This document shows, in pieces, positions 49,940 through 63,761 of a DNA stretch of 64,000 nucleotides (positions within the stretch are counted from its first letter, which is position 1; every line of letters starts with the position of its first letter). The notes beneath the pieces are model-generated. The model searched no databases. It was not told where the DNA came from and saw only the letters and a list, made by a program, of their open reading frames with translations. The position numbers and the translations under genes are program-made. The stretch spans positions 10,852,001-10,916,000 of the forward strand of contig OZ076409.1 of the NCBI GenBank assembly GCA_964187785.1, written 5' to 3'. The stretch comes from Amphiscolops sp. MND2022. Its lineage: Eukaryota.

Positions 49940-51650
49940 ATGAACAGAGCGGGTAAATTGTGAAGCTATCCGTGTTTTTCTCGGTGGGCTGCATGAGTCA
50001 CAACGCCGACAGGGAACTTGGAAAAATAACCAATCAAACGTTTTCTAATTTGACGGGTTTCACTATATGAAGCAATAAAAACAATTGAATAATGCATTAT
50101 GAGCCACCAAAACTTTTCATTCGAATTTCTTTGGTATTCTTTTGCCAGTGTTTGACGTTATTTCATGCTGTGAAAGTTTTTGTTTCTTCTTACGTGAGTT
50201 TTAGCTCTAACTAATTCAAGGAAGTTTGATTTTCCATCCAAATCCAGATTTTTCCACCTGCTACGCTATTTTGTTCATACGGGCACTTTGGCTGAATATT
50301 CATTATTCATTGTTTTATGAATTAAGATTGGCTAATCAAAAACATGCAATTTTTCCATAATTTATTCAGCGCGGAAACGTGAAAAACCGGATGTTGCCAT
50401 GGAGACAGGTGTTTTTGTTCACGAAGAGAAATTTTTGTTATTTTTGAGCCTACGCTAAAAACTGGAAAAGGAAATCTTCACACTTCACGCCAAACAGTGA
50501 TATTGCAGAAGATGCTACTTCAGGAGTAATTCTTCTTCACAAATGATGGCTCATCAATTCAAGATTACCCTCAAATTTTGGCTGCTCTTGACAATATGCA
50601 AGTTGGCTGAAAGCACCGGTTAGAACAATGGAAAATTTTAATTGTACCCTGGTCGAAACTACAGGAACTTTTTACATGCAGCATTAAATCACGCTGGCTA
50701 ATTTTTTTAAAAAATAGGAAAATTCAGGGACCCTGCATGGAAAAATCCTGTGAAACTTCCCTGCAGCTTGGAAAATCCTGGTAGCATTTCCCCGTGCTTT
50801 GAAGAAAAAAATGTTAAGAACTAAGCTGTTATGAAATTGTCGATTTTGTATCAATTTCCAAAAGATATATAGTTTAACTTCAGTATTACACACCTCGTTG
50901 GGAGAAAGCGCTCAAGTATGTTATTCTGAAGTGTGTGTTATAAGCGAAAAAGACCAAATGATGAAAACCAAACACGGGGGCACAAAATATGTGCGTTATT
51001 CTGAAGGTTACACTATAGTGCACGTGTGTGATACTGAAGTTAAACTGTACCATGCATTAAAAATTTAGAATTGCTGCGCTCAAATGACTCATATTCTTAT
51101 CCCTTCCCGAGGTTGTACAGGTTTTATACTTCAGTATTTAGTTTCGGATAGTTAACCGAATGTTACAATACTTTCTCAAAATTGAAACATGAGAATTGAG
51201 ACTGAATGATATTCTAATGAAGTGATATGGGGTGAAATGAGCATCAAAGAAAGGCCAATTTGATTCTGATAAGCAGTTTCAGTTTCGAAAAGCCAATTAA
51301 AATCTTAATTTATTGACATTTTTCGGTGTGGGACCGATAATGGAGCAGTCTACTACACCTTCTTGCGAAAAATTGCGCTAAAAATTGCATTTCTCTTTTT
51401 ATCTCAATTTTCTTGGAAAACTTGCAAAACAGAGCGAGAATTGAATCAATAGAGAAATTCAAGTACGCCAATTTTATTGCATACTTATAACAATTAGTCA
51501 GAATAACTAATAATTCAGTCACTAACAGAATCAGTGTTTCATTCCTATCAAAATCATTGACTCAATTGATATTGTTTTGTTCACAATTTCCTTCGACTGT
51601 TTGTGAACAGAATTGTGAACAGAACATTGCTAATTGTGTCAGTGATTGAA

Positions 51651-51889
51651 TTGGAAAACTTGCAATACAGACAGAGCGTTGAAGCAAAAAGGGACATTTA
51701 AAAAACCGCCACAATTTTGTGGCATACTTATATAAAGTGGGCTTCTTACGGCATCAGTATTTCATTCCTATAGGAACGAAATACTGATGCCGTAAGAAGC
51801 CCGCTTATTATAAGTATGCAACAAAATTGTGGCGTTTTTTAAATGTCCCTTTTTGCTGCAACGCTCGGTCTGTATTGCAAGTTTTTCAA
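51651..51889. repeat. ~240-bp loop-less palindrome (fold-back element)
   Basis: Arms of ~119 bp are reverse complements with few mismatches around the centre CCTA|TAGG at 51770/51771. Confidence 0.9.
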
Positions 51890-51939
51890 GGAGGTTTCTT
51901 CATTCAAATGGTACTGATAAAAATCATCACTACCTGCAA

Positions 51940-54900
51940 GGTCATCTGGATTGTGTTTCAGACCCTCCAAATATCTGGAGTTTGGACCAGAATTCGTTCC
52001 AGCTCTTCTCGGCAGTTAAGTTGAACACCATCAAGATCGGGGATATCCTGGAATTCCGTCTAACGCTCACACCCCAGGAGTCATTCGCAGAACCAGACAC
52101 GTTGATCTTCGAGATCTCAGCCTCCTACAACGGATACAGTTGTCTGATCTTCTGTGGTGACCCGGAGATCACATTCAAAAATACAGTGTTCCCTTTTAGC
52201 CGCTATGGAGTCACTTATGACCAAGTTTTCGAGGGAATCTCGGTTAGAATTCCATCGAACTCTGTTGAATTTTTCGACGTCCCGAAAGTGTTTAGAAATA
52301 TAGAGGTTTCAACTCGAAGTTCAGCCGTCTTGTTTCAAAAAATTTTTTTTCACGTGTGATTAGAGTAAAATCAGCTGACAAAAAAAAACGTTTTGGCTCT
52401 ATCAATCGGAACTTGATCATTAACATGTTTCTACAAGGTGAACCAAAAAATGAACGCAAAAAAATGGTGTTCTCAAATTTATAAATATTTGTGAACGAAC
52501 GTTTCAAAACGACTTTGAACGCAGCTGTAAATCATTCGAAATTGGTACTTTTCTCAGAAGCAAAAAAGCTTTCACACTTTAGAAGTTAGAGAGAAATGAC
52601 TGGTCAAGACGTTTACACTATTTTCGGGAGGCGGAAATTTCGTCGCCAGAAATTTTGTCGTCAGAAATTTCGTCGTAAGAAATTTCGTCGTATTAGCAAA
52701 TCCAGAAATTTCGTCGTCAGAAAATTCGTCGTATTGATTAGAATAACAGCGTTCACCAAAAGATATCATTTGAATTATGCAATCACTTACTTATTAAAAT
52801 GAGATCTTGAGAACAAGTTTCATTTTGACACCAAAATTGAGTCAAAAAGTTAATTGCATTCAATCAACTCATCAAGACGCTTATTAAGCAATGGTATATT
52901 TTCAGTCCTACCGGTGGAACTTTTTACCGGGGCTTCACAATACAACTCAAGCTTGCTCCAGGGGAAATTTTTGCTTTTTTGTCAAAAATTATCAAAAAAT
53001 CCTCTGGTAATGGAAAATTTTGCTTCAAGTGTCGAAACAACTTCGTGTTGGGGGGATAAGAAACAAGGTGGATATGGGGAGTTATAAGGTCCGAAACTTT
53101 TTCAAAACCATAACAAAAAGTAGTCAATGATAGTATTTATTGCACAATTATCGATAATTATTAAGACTCAATAATAAAGCGATTCCTAATAGGTTAAAGA
53201 AAATGCGACGTTTTATAGAACGTAATCACCGACGACGAAATTTCCGACGACGAAATTTCTGACGACGAAATTTCCGACGACGAAATTTCTGACGACGAAA
53301 TTTCTGACGACGAAATTTCCGACGACGAAGTTTCTGGTAATCCTATTTTCGATGGTTCAAACCATCTTTAGTTGGAGATGTGATTGCGTAATATGAGCTT
53401 CAATCAAATTTGTTGACAGAAAAATTGAAAGATTTTCAGTGCCTTGTTTACAAGCAATTAATTTTGAAGATCCAAAAGTTTGTGCGTTCCGTTTTTTGGG
53501 TATAGCCAAAAATATATCCGAGCAGAAGGTGTCAAGAAGTACAAATTTTAGTTTGTTGCCAAGACATACCTGTGCTGAAAGAGAGCCTTTAAATATCTGA
53601 ATTTAAAAAAAAACTGAACGGGAATCATAATTGCTGCTTATCCTACTTATTTTACGTTGTCTATCAATAAAAACTAAAAGAACTAAACAATGTTTTTACA
53701 GCAAAAATTTCATACATAGTCTCTGCACATTTCGGTTACATTGTTATACATTAACTGCGGGAACAAGACGAGCATTTATGCTCATTTCCCGCCCTTATTG
53801 GATATCAAACAAGACGCCCGCTATGCACTGGGATATTTTCCGCCTTCAATTGGCTAACAATAGACACTTTATCGAAAATTTACCTCCTCCTTGGTAAAAC
53901 GCAATTTACTTCGTATATAACGTCAAGCGTTCGGATGAAGCGTGCTGGAACAAATAGCAGCTCTTTTTCTAAGCACCAGGATATTAAATAAAAAAGGTGA
54001 AGTAAAAAGTGGAGATTTGGCAACATTTGTAAAAAAAAACGCAACACAGATTATGATTTTCGTCCCCCAAATAAACTCGTGGGGCGGAAAATAAAAACAA
54101 ATTTTGTAACTATGCTTAATCTGATGTTAGGTCAATTGGCCGACTGTGCAATTGGCCGACTAAATAACTTCAGAAAAACGGAATTAGAATTAAAATGGAG
54201 TTTATAAATTGAAACGAATGAACTCAGGTTTTTATAGATGTTACTGACCTCTCTTAGTATGTAGTTTCATGTCGTAGCAGTAGTGGGAAGATTGTCCCAG
54301 ACCATAAGATGAATAGTCAGTAAATGCCCGGAAACACTGACTGACGTTACAAAAAGTTGAGGGCAGTACCCAGGTTGATCAAACATACTCACCATGCTAT
54401 GATCATAGTATGATCATACAATGATCATGGCCATTCCATGATCATCATCATGCCAAGACCTTACCATGGCGACCATGTTTCATAGTATGATCATACTATG
54501 GTCATCATGTTTCATATCAGGTGAATTTCCACATTATTACCCTTAGTATGATCCCATAGTATACCTATTATACCCATTATACCCATAGTGTGATCCATTA
54601 TGTTTCACAGTATGAACATAGCATGATCATAGTATGAGGAACGATGTTTTCTAGACTGCAAGTATATTTATAAATAAGTAATATTATATAAAGTATATAC
54701 ATATGTAAGGGTAATAATGTGGAAATTCACCTGATCATGATCCAAAATCATTCAGTTTAATTTGTATCCGTTTTTCAGTACGACTCGTACGTCTACGACT
54801 TTGGACAGCTACAACCGGATGTAGACGATGATATCTACGTGGACTTCAAGATGCTGGTGGCAGATAACCCCATGTACGCGCCAGGGGAACAGTACTGGAT

Positions 54901-54976
54901 GGGGGTAGGGGTAGAGTACAACCAGTCTAGGTCAATTTGGGTCAATGACATCGCCTTCACCCTCGACGACCGCCCA
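51940..54976 (+). CDS. Two exons (~51940/52016-52242 and 54779-54976) of an uncharacterised beta-rich, probably extracellular protein
   Basis: GC-rich open frames; donor TCG|gttaga and acceptor tttcag|TAC join in phase 0 to give ..IKIGDILEFRLTL..GVTYDQVFEGIS|YDSYVYDFGQL..GEQYWMGVGVEY..; the second exon ends CCA|gtaagc or reads on to the stop at 55120. Confidence 0.5.
52627..53342. mobile_element. MULE/Foldback-like non-autonomous element with tandem 15-bp subrepeats in its TIRs
   Basis: (GAAATTTCGTCGTCA)n on the left, (GACGACGAAATTTCY)n on the right; 9-bp TSD CTATTTTCG (52618-52626 and 53343-53351). Confidence 0.8.
54516..54735. repeat. Perfect 30-bp inverted repeat within an ATGATCAT-rich element
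   Basis: ATCAGGTGAATTTCCACATTATTACCCTTA (54516-54545) and its reverse complement (54706-54735). Confidence 0.8.
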
Positions 54977-56049
54977 GTAAGCTCCATAAATTTCCCTCCC
55001 CCAAATTTCACCCATTGCATTCGTCTCGGGGAAGACCCAAGGGATAAGAAACCCATGTCAGAGGCGGTCAGAGCTAAATTCTTCAAGACCAGGAAAGAAC
55101 ATGAAAAATACAACGAATGAGATTAGTGAATAAAACAGCTGAGTGACAAAATACAAATCGCGAAACTCGATTTTGTTAGCGGCAAAAATATTTCCCCCTT
55201 CTTTGTGATTCTGGTTCTTCCCCGATTGGATAATAAATTTGTTTTGTGTGTATGTTTTATTGCTAGAACCTCGCAGATAATCCCTGATCTGTACGATTCA
55301 TGCAAGATCTTTGAAGAAGATATCTGACATTGAAACTGAGTTAATAGTTGAGATTCCTTTTTTGACAATTTTCAAGATAGTTTTTCGAACCAATGACTGC
55401 AAAGTAGACGTTCTCCATAGATTATGCAACTTTCAAATTTTTGTTCCCCGTAAAACGATTGTAGTGAAAGGTTACTGCAGCTATGGGTTCAATACATTTA
55501 CCAATGGTTCTCAAGGTTGTTAGCGACTATACATCATTCCCCCAACAGGAATAGAGCATTAGGAAGCACTTTGTGAAGTCTCAAGCAATGGTGTTATGCA
55601 ACAATATACTAGATAAATTAGAAAGTTATGAGTTTCTACGATGCAAAGCCTTCATGTCGTTTGGAAGACTTGTATCATTTCTTTTCCTTGTGGTAAATTT
55701 GCGCATAAAATAAATCAGTGCGAAAACTTTGGCAATCTATTTTTTGTCAAGAAACCAGAGTTCAATATTCACGTAGCCCCCGCTTTTGGTATTACTTGAA
55801 CTTTTTGCACAAACTTTTTATTTTCCGCCCATATTTCATATGGGAAAGGAAAATATTTAAATAAACGCTTTTTTTACAAAATTTGACAAGAACCAATTTT
55901 ATATTTAACTTTAAGGGTGTTACCCATAAAATTCAACTCACATAAACTTAGCTTCGTGCAATATGTATTTGTGAAGATTTCCGGAATTTTTTAGTTGACC
56001 CCAAGGACCCCAGAATGACCCATAAATGACCCCAAAAATGAGAAAATTT

Positions 56050-57950
56050 TCGAAACTTTCCAATTTTTCACGTTTCAATTTAATTTTTGTCAATTTTTCG
56101 ATAGATGTCGTGGATTAGAATGTTGAAAACGCTCAACAAGGCACCAACTCGTTGTCCAGTAGGCTTTTCTGAAGAGATAATTGCTGTTTTCAAAATGAAA
56201 AGAATCTCAAAATGACCCCGAAAATGACAAAAAGCCACAAAAATTTCCATTTTTCAAAGTGTTACGCATTTTTCGTCAAATTTTTGACAGACTCCGTAAA
56301 TTGAAACATTTCAAAGGGTCTTTTTTGTAGAGTTTATTGCGTTTTTGTTATTGAAAATGTCTCAAATTGACACCGAAAACTACAAAAATCCGAATAGGTT
56401 TCCAATTTTCAAAAATTTTATGCGTTTTCCAAATTTCCGACGGACTTTGCGGCTTGAAACGTTGAAAAACGTCAACAAGAAAAGATTTTGTTGTCGACTA
56501 GGCTTTTCCGAAGAATTTATTGCAGTTTTATAAGTGAAAATGTCTCAAATTGACACCAAAACTGACAAAAAAACCAAAAATTTTCAATTTTCAAAGTTTT
56601 CATGCATTTTTGTTGAAGTTTCGACAGACTTCGTGGATTGGAATGTTTTAAAAAGTCCACAAGAAAAAAGTTGGTTGTCCAGTAGTCCTTAACGAAGTGA
56701 TAATTGCAATGTTCTGAATGAAAATACCTCAAAGTGACACCGAAATTGACAAACTCTCAAAAGTTCCCAATTTTCAAAAGTTTTATGCGTTTTCCAAATT
56801 TCCGACGGACCTTGTAGATTGGAACGTTGAGAAGGGCCATATTGTGTTGTCTGGTAGGCTTTTCCGAAGAGTTTATTGCAGTTTTTTCAATGAAAATGTC
56901 TCCGAAATGTGACACCGAAAATGACAAAAAAAACCAACGTTTTCCATTTTTGAATAAGTTTATGCGTTTTTTGTTAATATTTCGACAGACGTCGTCATTT
57001 GGAACGTTAAAAGAGGTTAAAAAATATAAATGCAGTTTTTAAACGAAAACTGTCCGGAATTGACATCGAAAGACAAAAATTCGAGAACTTTCCGATTCTC
57101 ACAATTTTTGTTCAATTTTTCTCAAAATACCAATACACTTCGTGGATTAGATTGGTAAAACGCCCAAGGCATGGGAAAAGGTGTTGTTTCGTTGAGCTTT
57201 TGTCTTGAGATAAGTTCAAATGGTAAACGAAAAATGCCTCAAAACGACTCTGAATTGTCATTTGCGATATCTTTCTGTAAATTTTCCAAGAGTTTTTGTT
57301 GTGAGTTCCAACACAATCAACTCAACATAAAAAAACGAGCTATTCAATATCTTTTTTGAAGAGAACGTTGCAGCGGTTTGCTTCGAAAACACTTCAGAAT
57401 GACTCCATTCAAAGTCGAAAGATTTCAACATCTTCGTTTTTGTTCATCTTGTATACTTTTTGTATCGTTTTGAAGTCAGAGTGTTAAACAAAGAGGTAAA
57501 GTTTCAACAAAGACTGATTTCATAATTCGCTAGGCTTTCAAAGAACTATTGCAGACTTCAATTGGAAAATGGCTCACAAGTTACCGCAAAAGGTCGACAA
57601 TGTCAAAATTTTTGCCGATTTCTGACATTTTCAGTGAACTTTTATTTGAGATTGGAACATTTCGGTAAAAAATGCCCCGAAAAATTCCAGTTGATAAACC
57701 TATGTCCGAAGCACGTTTTTCAAATCTTTGCCTACTTTATGGTCGAAAAGTTCCTCAAAATTACCCGAATATTGGAAAAACTGAGAGTTTTTGAATTCTT
57801 TTTACATTTTTAGGCTATGTTTGTACATTTTTAAGCTTCCTTGCAATAAAAGATTTAAAACGCTAAACAATGACTATTCTGGGTATCTCCAGTAGGCTAT
57901 TTTGAAGAAATGATTGCATTTTTTGTTGGAATTAGCCCCCAAAAATCCAA
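56050..57950. repeat. Degenerate tandem repeat, ~160-185-bp unit
   Basis: Recurring AGGCTTTTCCGAAGA..ATTGCAGTTTT..TGAAAATGTCTCAAA.TGACACCGAAA blocks that decay rightwards. Confidence 0.7.
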
Positions 57951-60900
57951 GAAACAACAAAGAAGCACGTTGTTTGACAAACTAATCCCTACTTTTGTTC
58001 AAAACACGAAAATTTTTGAAAAAAAGAACATCCAATGACCTGAGCGTTGAAACAATAGGGTGTTCAAAACAAAAGAAGTGATAAAGTGGGATGAACTTCT
58101 TCGAGTTTACATCAAAGGTGTCAACGTTTTCGAACTTGCTTTATTTTCGACATCATAGTGCCAATTTTGGACCCTTTCCGGAAATTTACTTCAATCAGAA
58201 ACAACATAAGCTCAAGACTGAAACGTGAAGCTACCGGTAGTGTTTCGAAAATATCAGACAAGTGTCTTTGTACAATTTTCAAAAACGTTACTAGAAAACG
58301 TAAAATGCGACCTCATTTGTCCAATATTTAGTATTCAAAACCTCCTAGCAAAATCACTAGATATGGAGTACTCCTTCCAAAGGAAATGGTTTCGAGCTAC
58401 TTTGTGGGTTAGAAGGGCGTGAACTTTCAACAACAACTAAACTCGGTGTCCTGTAGGCTAATTTGTGAAGAGGCATATGTAGATTCATGTTAGAAACGTT
58501 CATCAAATTGACCCCAAAATTGTTTAAACTATTTGTAATTTTTGACACTTCTGGAGAAACTATGTGCAATAACATACCCGGCATCTCTCAACATTCCTAA
58601 ACTTGCAGAGGACCTATATTCAAGCTTAAACCGTTTTGTCAGTGCCAAAGGATGCCCCATAGAATTAAGCCTGAAACTCGGAAACCACTTTTTCTCCAAC
58701 AGGAATCACAAATATTACAACTTTTCGAAATAATTTCGGTAAAATTCGTTTATGGCGAAACAAGTTCCGGCTCGCAAAACTATTTTTCTCCAGCCAAATT
58801 TAGCTATGAAAGCAAGGGGTTACTCTTTGACCAAATTAAAGTTTCGGAAAGACGCACAGACCCGGAAAAATTTCAAAAGAGGTAACTTCCACAATCAATA
58901 AGAAACCTAGTCAAATCCATATGATCAAAAGTATCAAAAAATCACACTCAAGACTCGGGAAACTTATTTCCTTTACAGAAAACCTCAAAAACTAAAACTT
59001 GCCGAAAAAGGTTTTTGAAAATTTGTTTCAAAATCTGTATTAAAATTTATCTTTTTTCTCTGTAAGCCGCATAGTGCCAAAAAAACGAAAAGTGGCCGGC
59101 TATGGCAGGAAAAAAAATTAGGTGTTTCCTTTAAAGTGGGTTGAGATGAATCAAAACTTTCTTTTCTTCAAACTTGTTTGCGTTTCTATAGTGCATTGGC
59201 TATTTTTGAGCCTCAAGAAAATTATGTAGTTGTAGAACAGTTTGGGGCGGGAAATATCTCGCTGCTAAGCGGACGTTTTTGTATTATGAACTTCTAAAAC
59301 TCTTTTGGAATCTTCCATGCCTGAAAATTCGCCTGTTGTTTTCGAATTTTATCAAGCTGATTGAAACATTCATCAAATTTATTACGGCAAATTTATCTTA
59401 AGACTTTAAGTTTTGCATGTTGCAATAAGACGCAGTTTCAACTTTGAACGCGAATAAACTGCTATCGGTTTTACCGCCAACTAAATGCTAAATAACCAGT
59501 CGCATAATAAACTGTAAATTAGCGTCACGTTTATCGTCTTCATTGAAAAGCGGTGACCCATCAGATGAGTATTTGAAAAACAAAGTGTAAACCCAGTGTT
59601 CGAAGCTAAGGTACCTTGCCAAGATCCATGGCGAGCTCTTTGCTAGCACTGCCAAGATCTTGCCATGATCTTGGCAAGGATACCATGACCATGCAAGATC
59701 GTGCAAAAGCTAACCATGATCTTGGCAAGGATTCCAAGATTTTTCATGTTCTTGACAATGGTTCCATGGCAGCAAATGCGTTTTTTGGAGAATTCTGCTG
59801 TCAACCTTTAGCTTTTCATCTACATATGTCTCTCAATTCCATGGCACCAAATGACTATTAAGATCTTTTTGAGAGCGAACGTTGGTTTACACAAATCAAA
59901 AATACTAATTGTCGATGGATCTTTGTCCAAAATTTCCTTGGTGGAGTTAAATGTATTCTGTGAGACATCTTGGAACAAGTTCACATCGCCCCCAAAAAGC
60001 AGCGGAAGCATGTTGCAAGTTCATGAAGCAACGATCAAAATTACTATCTGAGACAGGGCCGTGAAACCCAGAGTACATTTTCAAATCCAAGATCAACGAC
60101 ATTTTTCAAGATTACAGCAAGTCATGAAAGCATGAAATTGTTCATTAGCATGGCCGTGAAACTCATACTTACATAGCGGTCTGGGAGATGATTTGTTCAC
60201 GTGAAATTCCAATTGTCACTCTTGACAAAGAAATTCCAATTGTCAATCAAATTCAAGCATTGAATGAATAAATAACATGGCAAGAGATTAATTACGAAAA
60301 TGTTTGTCATCTGAGAGGAAAAACCATGCTGTTCATCATGTCACACACGAAATCTGCAAACAAATTAGGACTGAAACTATTTAGGTAAACTTTTGCGTTA
60401 TAAATAAACAAAATGGGAGAGTATAAAATATGATATATAAATAAGCTGAACGTGATGAGAGTATATCAACTATCACCGAAAGTGACCATCCAAAAGTTAA
60501 CTCAAACTGGGAAGACAAATTTTTGTACAGGTCTCAACTTTTAGCAGGCAAAAACTGCTTGCTTTTTTGTGAAATTTTTCAAGTGAATGATTGCACTCAT
60601 ATGTCCGGTCAGTTATCTTGCCAAATTTTAGACGTTATTTCACGTATTTTTGGACATTTCAGAGATGATTTCGAATTCTGGACGTTATTTGACGTTTTTG
60701 GGTATTTTAGATATTATTCCTGGTCCGCACATTCATTGTAGCGGTGCGAATAACTTCTAGGAAATATCGTCCAACAGATTCGAAAACCTGGGTCGAAAAC
60801 ATTAACCCGGAATGGAGGATGAATTTTCGGGATCCATCAAAAAATCTGGTGCTTAAACTTTAAACTGCAATATCTCCAAAAGTATTCAAGTTCGGCAAAC

Positions 60901-61731
60901 AATTTTTAGCGCGTTCGAAAGAAGACAATCGGGGCTTTCATTTTCATTTTCAAACTGCTGGGAAGGGGCCGCACTCACTCTTGACTTTGTGCCAAAACTT
61001 TGCACGCGTTGTGTCTCTGACTTCATTTCAGCATGTTTCAAAACATGCTATGGTCGTTTCCACTCAATCTTGTTCCCAATGGTATAAAGTGGCCACAGAA
61101 GAAAACAGGAAAAACGGAAATTTTGCGCACAGTTTTTTAAATTTTTTGGTCCCGTTTTTTTTTATTTTGGAGACATCAAGTCGAAAATCCGTGAAAATGC
61201 CTGCAATGCTGTGTAATCAAGTCTGAAAATCTTATTCAAGAGTTTTCTTTACCATACTGTCAGCTGGTGCCTTTAGAAGTTTGCAGATCTTGAGTGGTGC
61301 AAGTGCAAAAACGTACCACAATGCTATTCCGGGTTACTCGAACCCACGCTCTCCCTCCTGCTTCTCGAAGTCTGAAAATTAGTTGGCGAAGGAGTTGAAC
61401 AAATGAACAAGAAAACAAGAAATGTGGACCGATCGCGTTGAACTGACGAAAAAAACTAGCCACAGTAAGAGTCGCGCATTTTCTTCGAAAGCGCCGACTA
61501 AAAACAGAATCAATTAGTTTTTGTTGACGATGATCTGGACAAACCGAATTTGGACGCCGTACGTCACTGTATTACATTTACTCGATTCTCGAATGGAACC
61601 ATATGCTCTCTTATTTGAAATCATTCGGTTTTTATGCAACTATTTTATTGAACTCACATGACAACTGTGAAAAAAATGATGACTCCGATTCGTGACGAAG
61701 TTTTCATTGAACAAGACGTCACTTCAATCAG

Positions 61732-62194
61732 TTTCTAGTCGGCGCTTCATGAAGTGAAACGCCACTATTATAGTGACACTTTTTTAAAATTTTTTTTTCA
61801 TTCCACACTGACCAAAATAGTTCCCGAAAGTTCTACGAAAATTTATGGTCCCAAATTGAATCATTTGGCCTAGCGAACAGAACCAAAAGGGTTTTTCCTC
61901 TTTTTTTTTCGCGTAAAATACAATACCGGGAGAGACTAAAGAGTCCCCCCTTTCAGTTTTTTCGGCATTGTGAGACTTTTTTTCGAAAAAAATTGTTCAC
62001 CAAAGGGTTCCCCTTCAATTTTTTAATGTTTTGCAACAATGGATGTTAAAAAATGTGTCCCCCCTTTTTAACGCGCCGGTCCAACTTCTGGGTGTTTTTG
62101 GTACTGTGAAAGAGAATACTTTGACACTTTGAAGTCCTTTTGCTATTTTTGAGCCTTAGATATGGCGCCGACTTGGGCCGGTGCCGGCTTGTTT
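61732..62194 (+). mobile_element. HINE/DINE-1-like element
   Basis: AGTCGGCGC 5' subTIR; GGCGCCGACT plus GC hairpin and T-run at the 3' end. Confidence 0.65.
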
Positions 62195-63332
62195 CTGTGC
62201 ATATTGTCTTTGTTTTGGGTATCAGCAGAACCGATTATCAATCATGATTGGATTTCCGCGAACCACAACGATACGAAGAAAAAATTGTCCGTCCCCAGGT
62301 TGAAAAATGTCTGAAAATTGTGTTTTCCAGGAATCACAGAAAGAGCTCTTTTGTACACAAACTTAGATAGTGCACAAACTTGGATAGAAGTTTTTTTCAC
62401 ATCCTTTCACAACTTTCTAAATGGTCAAATCAAATTTTTTTCAAAACTAATTGAGCAATCAAAATTGCACATCACGTCAGTAACGTGAATTGTAAATGTT
62501 GCATCATCAAAAAATTGCATCATCTTCGGAGAAGTGGCTTTTGAGAAGTTGACAAAATCATTGAGACATTGGAGAAGAACACAGTTTTTGAAGTCAAAGA
62601 GTTTTTACAACCTGTTCGTCTGGGTCATATGTCTTCTGAGACCAAAAATTTTGCAAACACAAAAACATCTCTGTGCAAGATTACAGAATCTCTCTTACCT
62701 CTGAATCCCACCACTGACAGAATAAAATATTGCTCACTCACCTTTGGAGTTGCATGCCGGCCAAACAAAATGAAGTTGAAAAACGAAAAACGCAGCGAAA
62801 CTGGAAAAGTTGAAACATAAGTCAAACATCGAAATAATTCATTATTGCTTGAAGTAAATAGGACCTAAACTCCGTCAAGGATTTTTTGTCTCGATTGAGA
62901 CTAATCAAAAAAATTTTGTTGATTAGTTTCTGGATTTTCGATCGAAGACAATTCGTCTGCTTTGCTGAGCTCACTATAGTGGCCATATATGTTTTAACGA
63001 ACCCAAAAGCCACCGAAAGAGCACTATAGGAAGGTTATTTTTCGCTTCGCCGTTATTGTAAGTCTGACTGCAGATTTCTCGGAAAAAAATATTCTGATAG
63101 CTTCTTGCTTTCATCAACAAAGGTTCCATCAAGCTGTCTATAAGATGCATCCTAAATTTGGCGGCAATTCTGAGCCGCAAAGTTTTGCAGGTTTCATAAA
63201 GACGCCGTTCTAATTTTGAAAGCAGCTGACACCTTCGTCAATTTTACATCGGTTTCAATGCAAATAATTTTGAGTCGCATAAGTTTCAACGTAGCGTCAT
63301 ATTCAGCGTGCTATTTGACTAACGGTGATAAC

Positions 63333-63761
63333 TAGGGCAACCAAAAAGGGCAAAAGGGCGATAGGGGCAAAAAAGGCAGAAATACGGGTTAGGGGCAAAA
63401 AGTTTAATAAAAGGCAAAAAAGCAAAATACATCGAATCTTGTACTTTTTCGTATATATTCACCCCTTTTCTGACAAAAACGAGTCGTGTGAATTTGTGTA
63501 CAGGAGTTTCTCAGAATTAACCATTTAGCAAACTCAACAAGATGCTAGCCAAGGACCGTAATTCTGATGTTACAAATATCGAGAATTACATTTGCATTTA
63601 TTGTAACATTCCACTTTAATAAACGAATTTGACTTTTTTGTTAAATCCTCGCTTTCAAACGCGTGCCGATAAAGGGCAAATAAGGGGCAAATTTTAAAAT
63701 AAAGGGCGGCAAATAATGGGCAAAATTTTAAAAAAATAAAGGGCAAATCGCGGTTGCCCTA
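63333..63761. mobile_element. hAT-type MITE
   Basis: TAGGGCAACC / GGTTGCCCTA TIR, exact 8-bp TSD GTGATAAC, subterminal AAGGGC repeats; an empty-site paralogue is present at ~3807-3897. Confidence 0.9.

Noticed and set aside
59592..60792. EnSpm-like element with CCCAG..CTGGG ends
   Set aside because: The left end resembles the CAAGATCTT families, but the TIR match is loose and the flanks show no TSD, so boundaries are unsupported.
62560..63250. Possible decayed coding relic on the minus strand
   Set aside because: Short ORFs in different frames with no identifiable domain.
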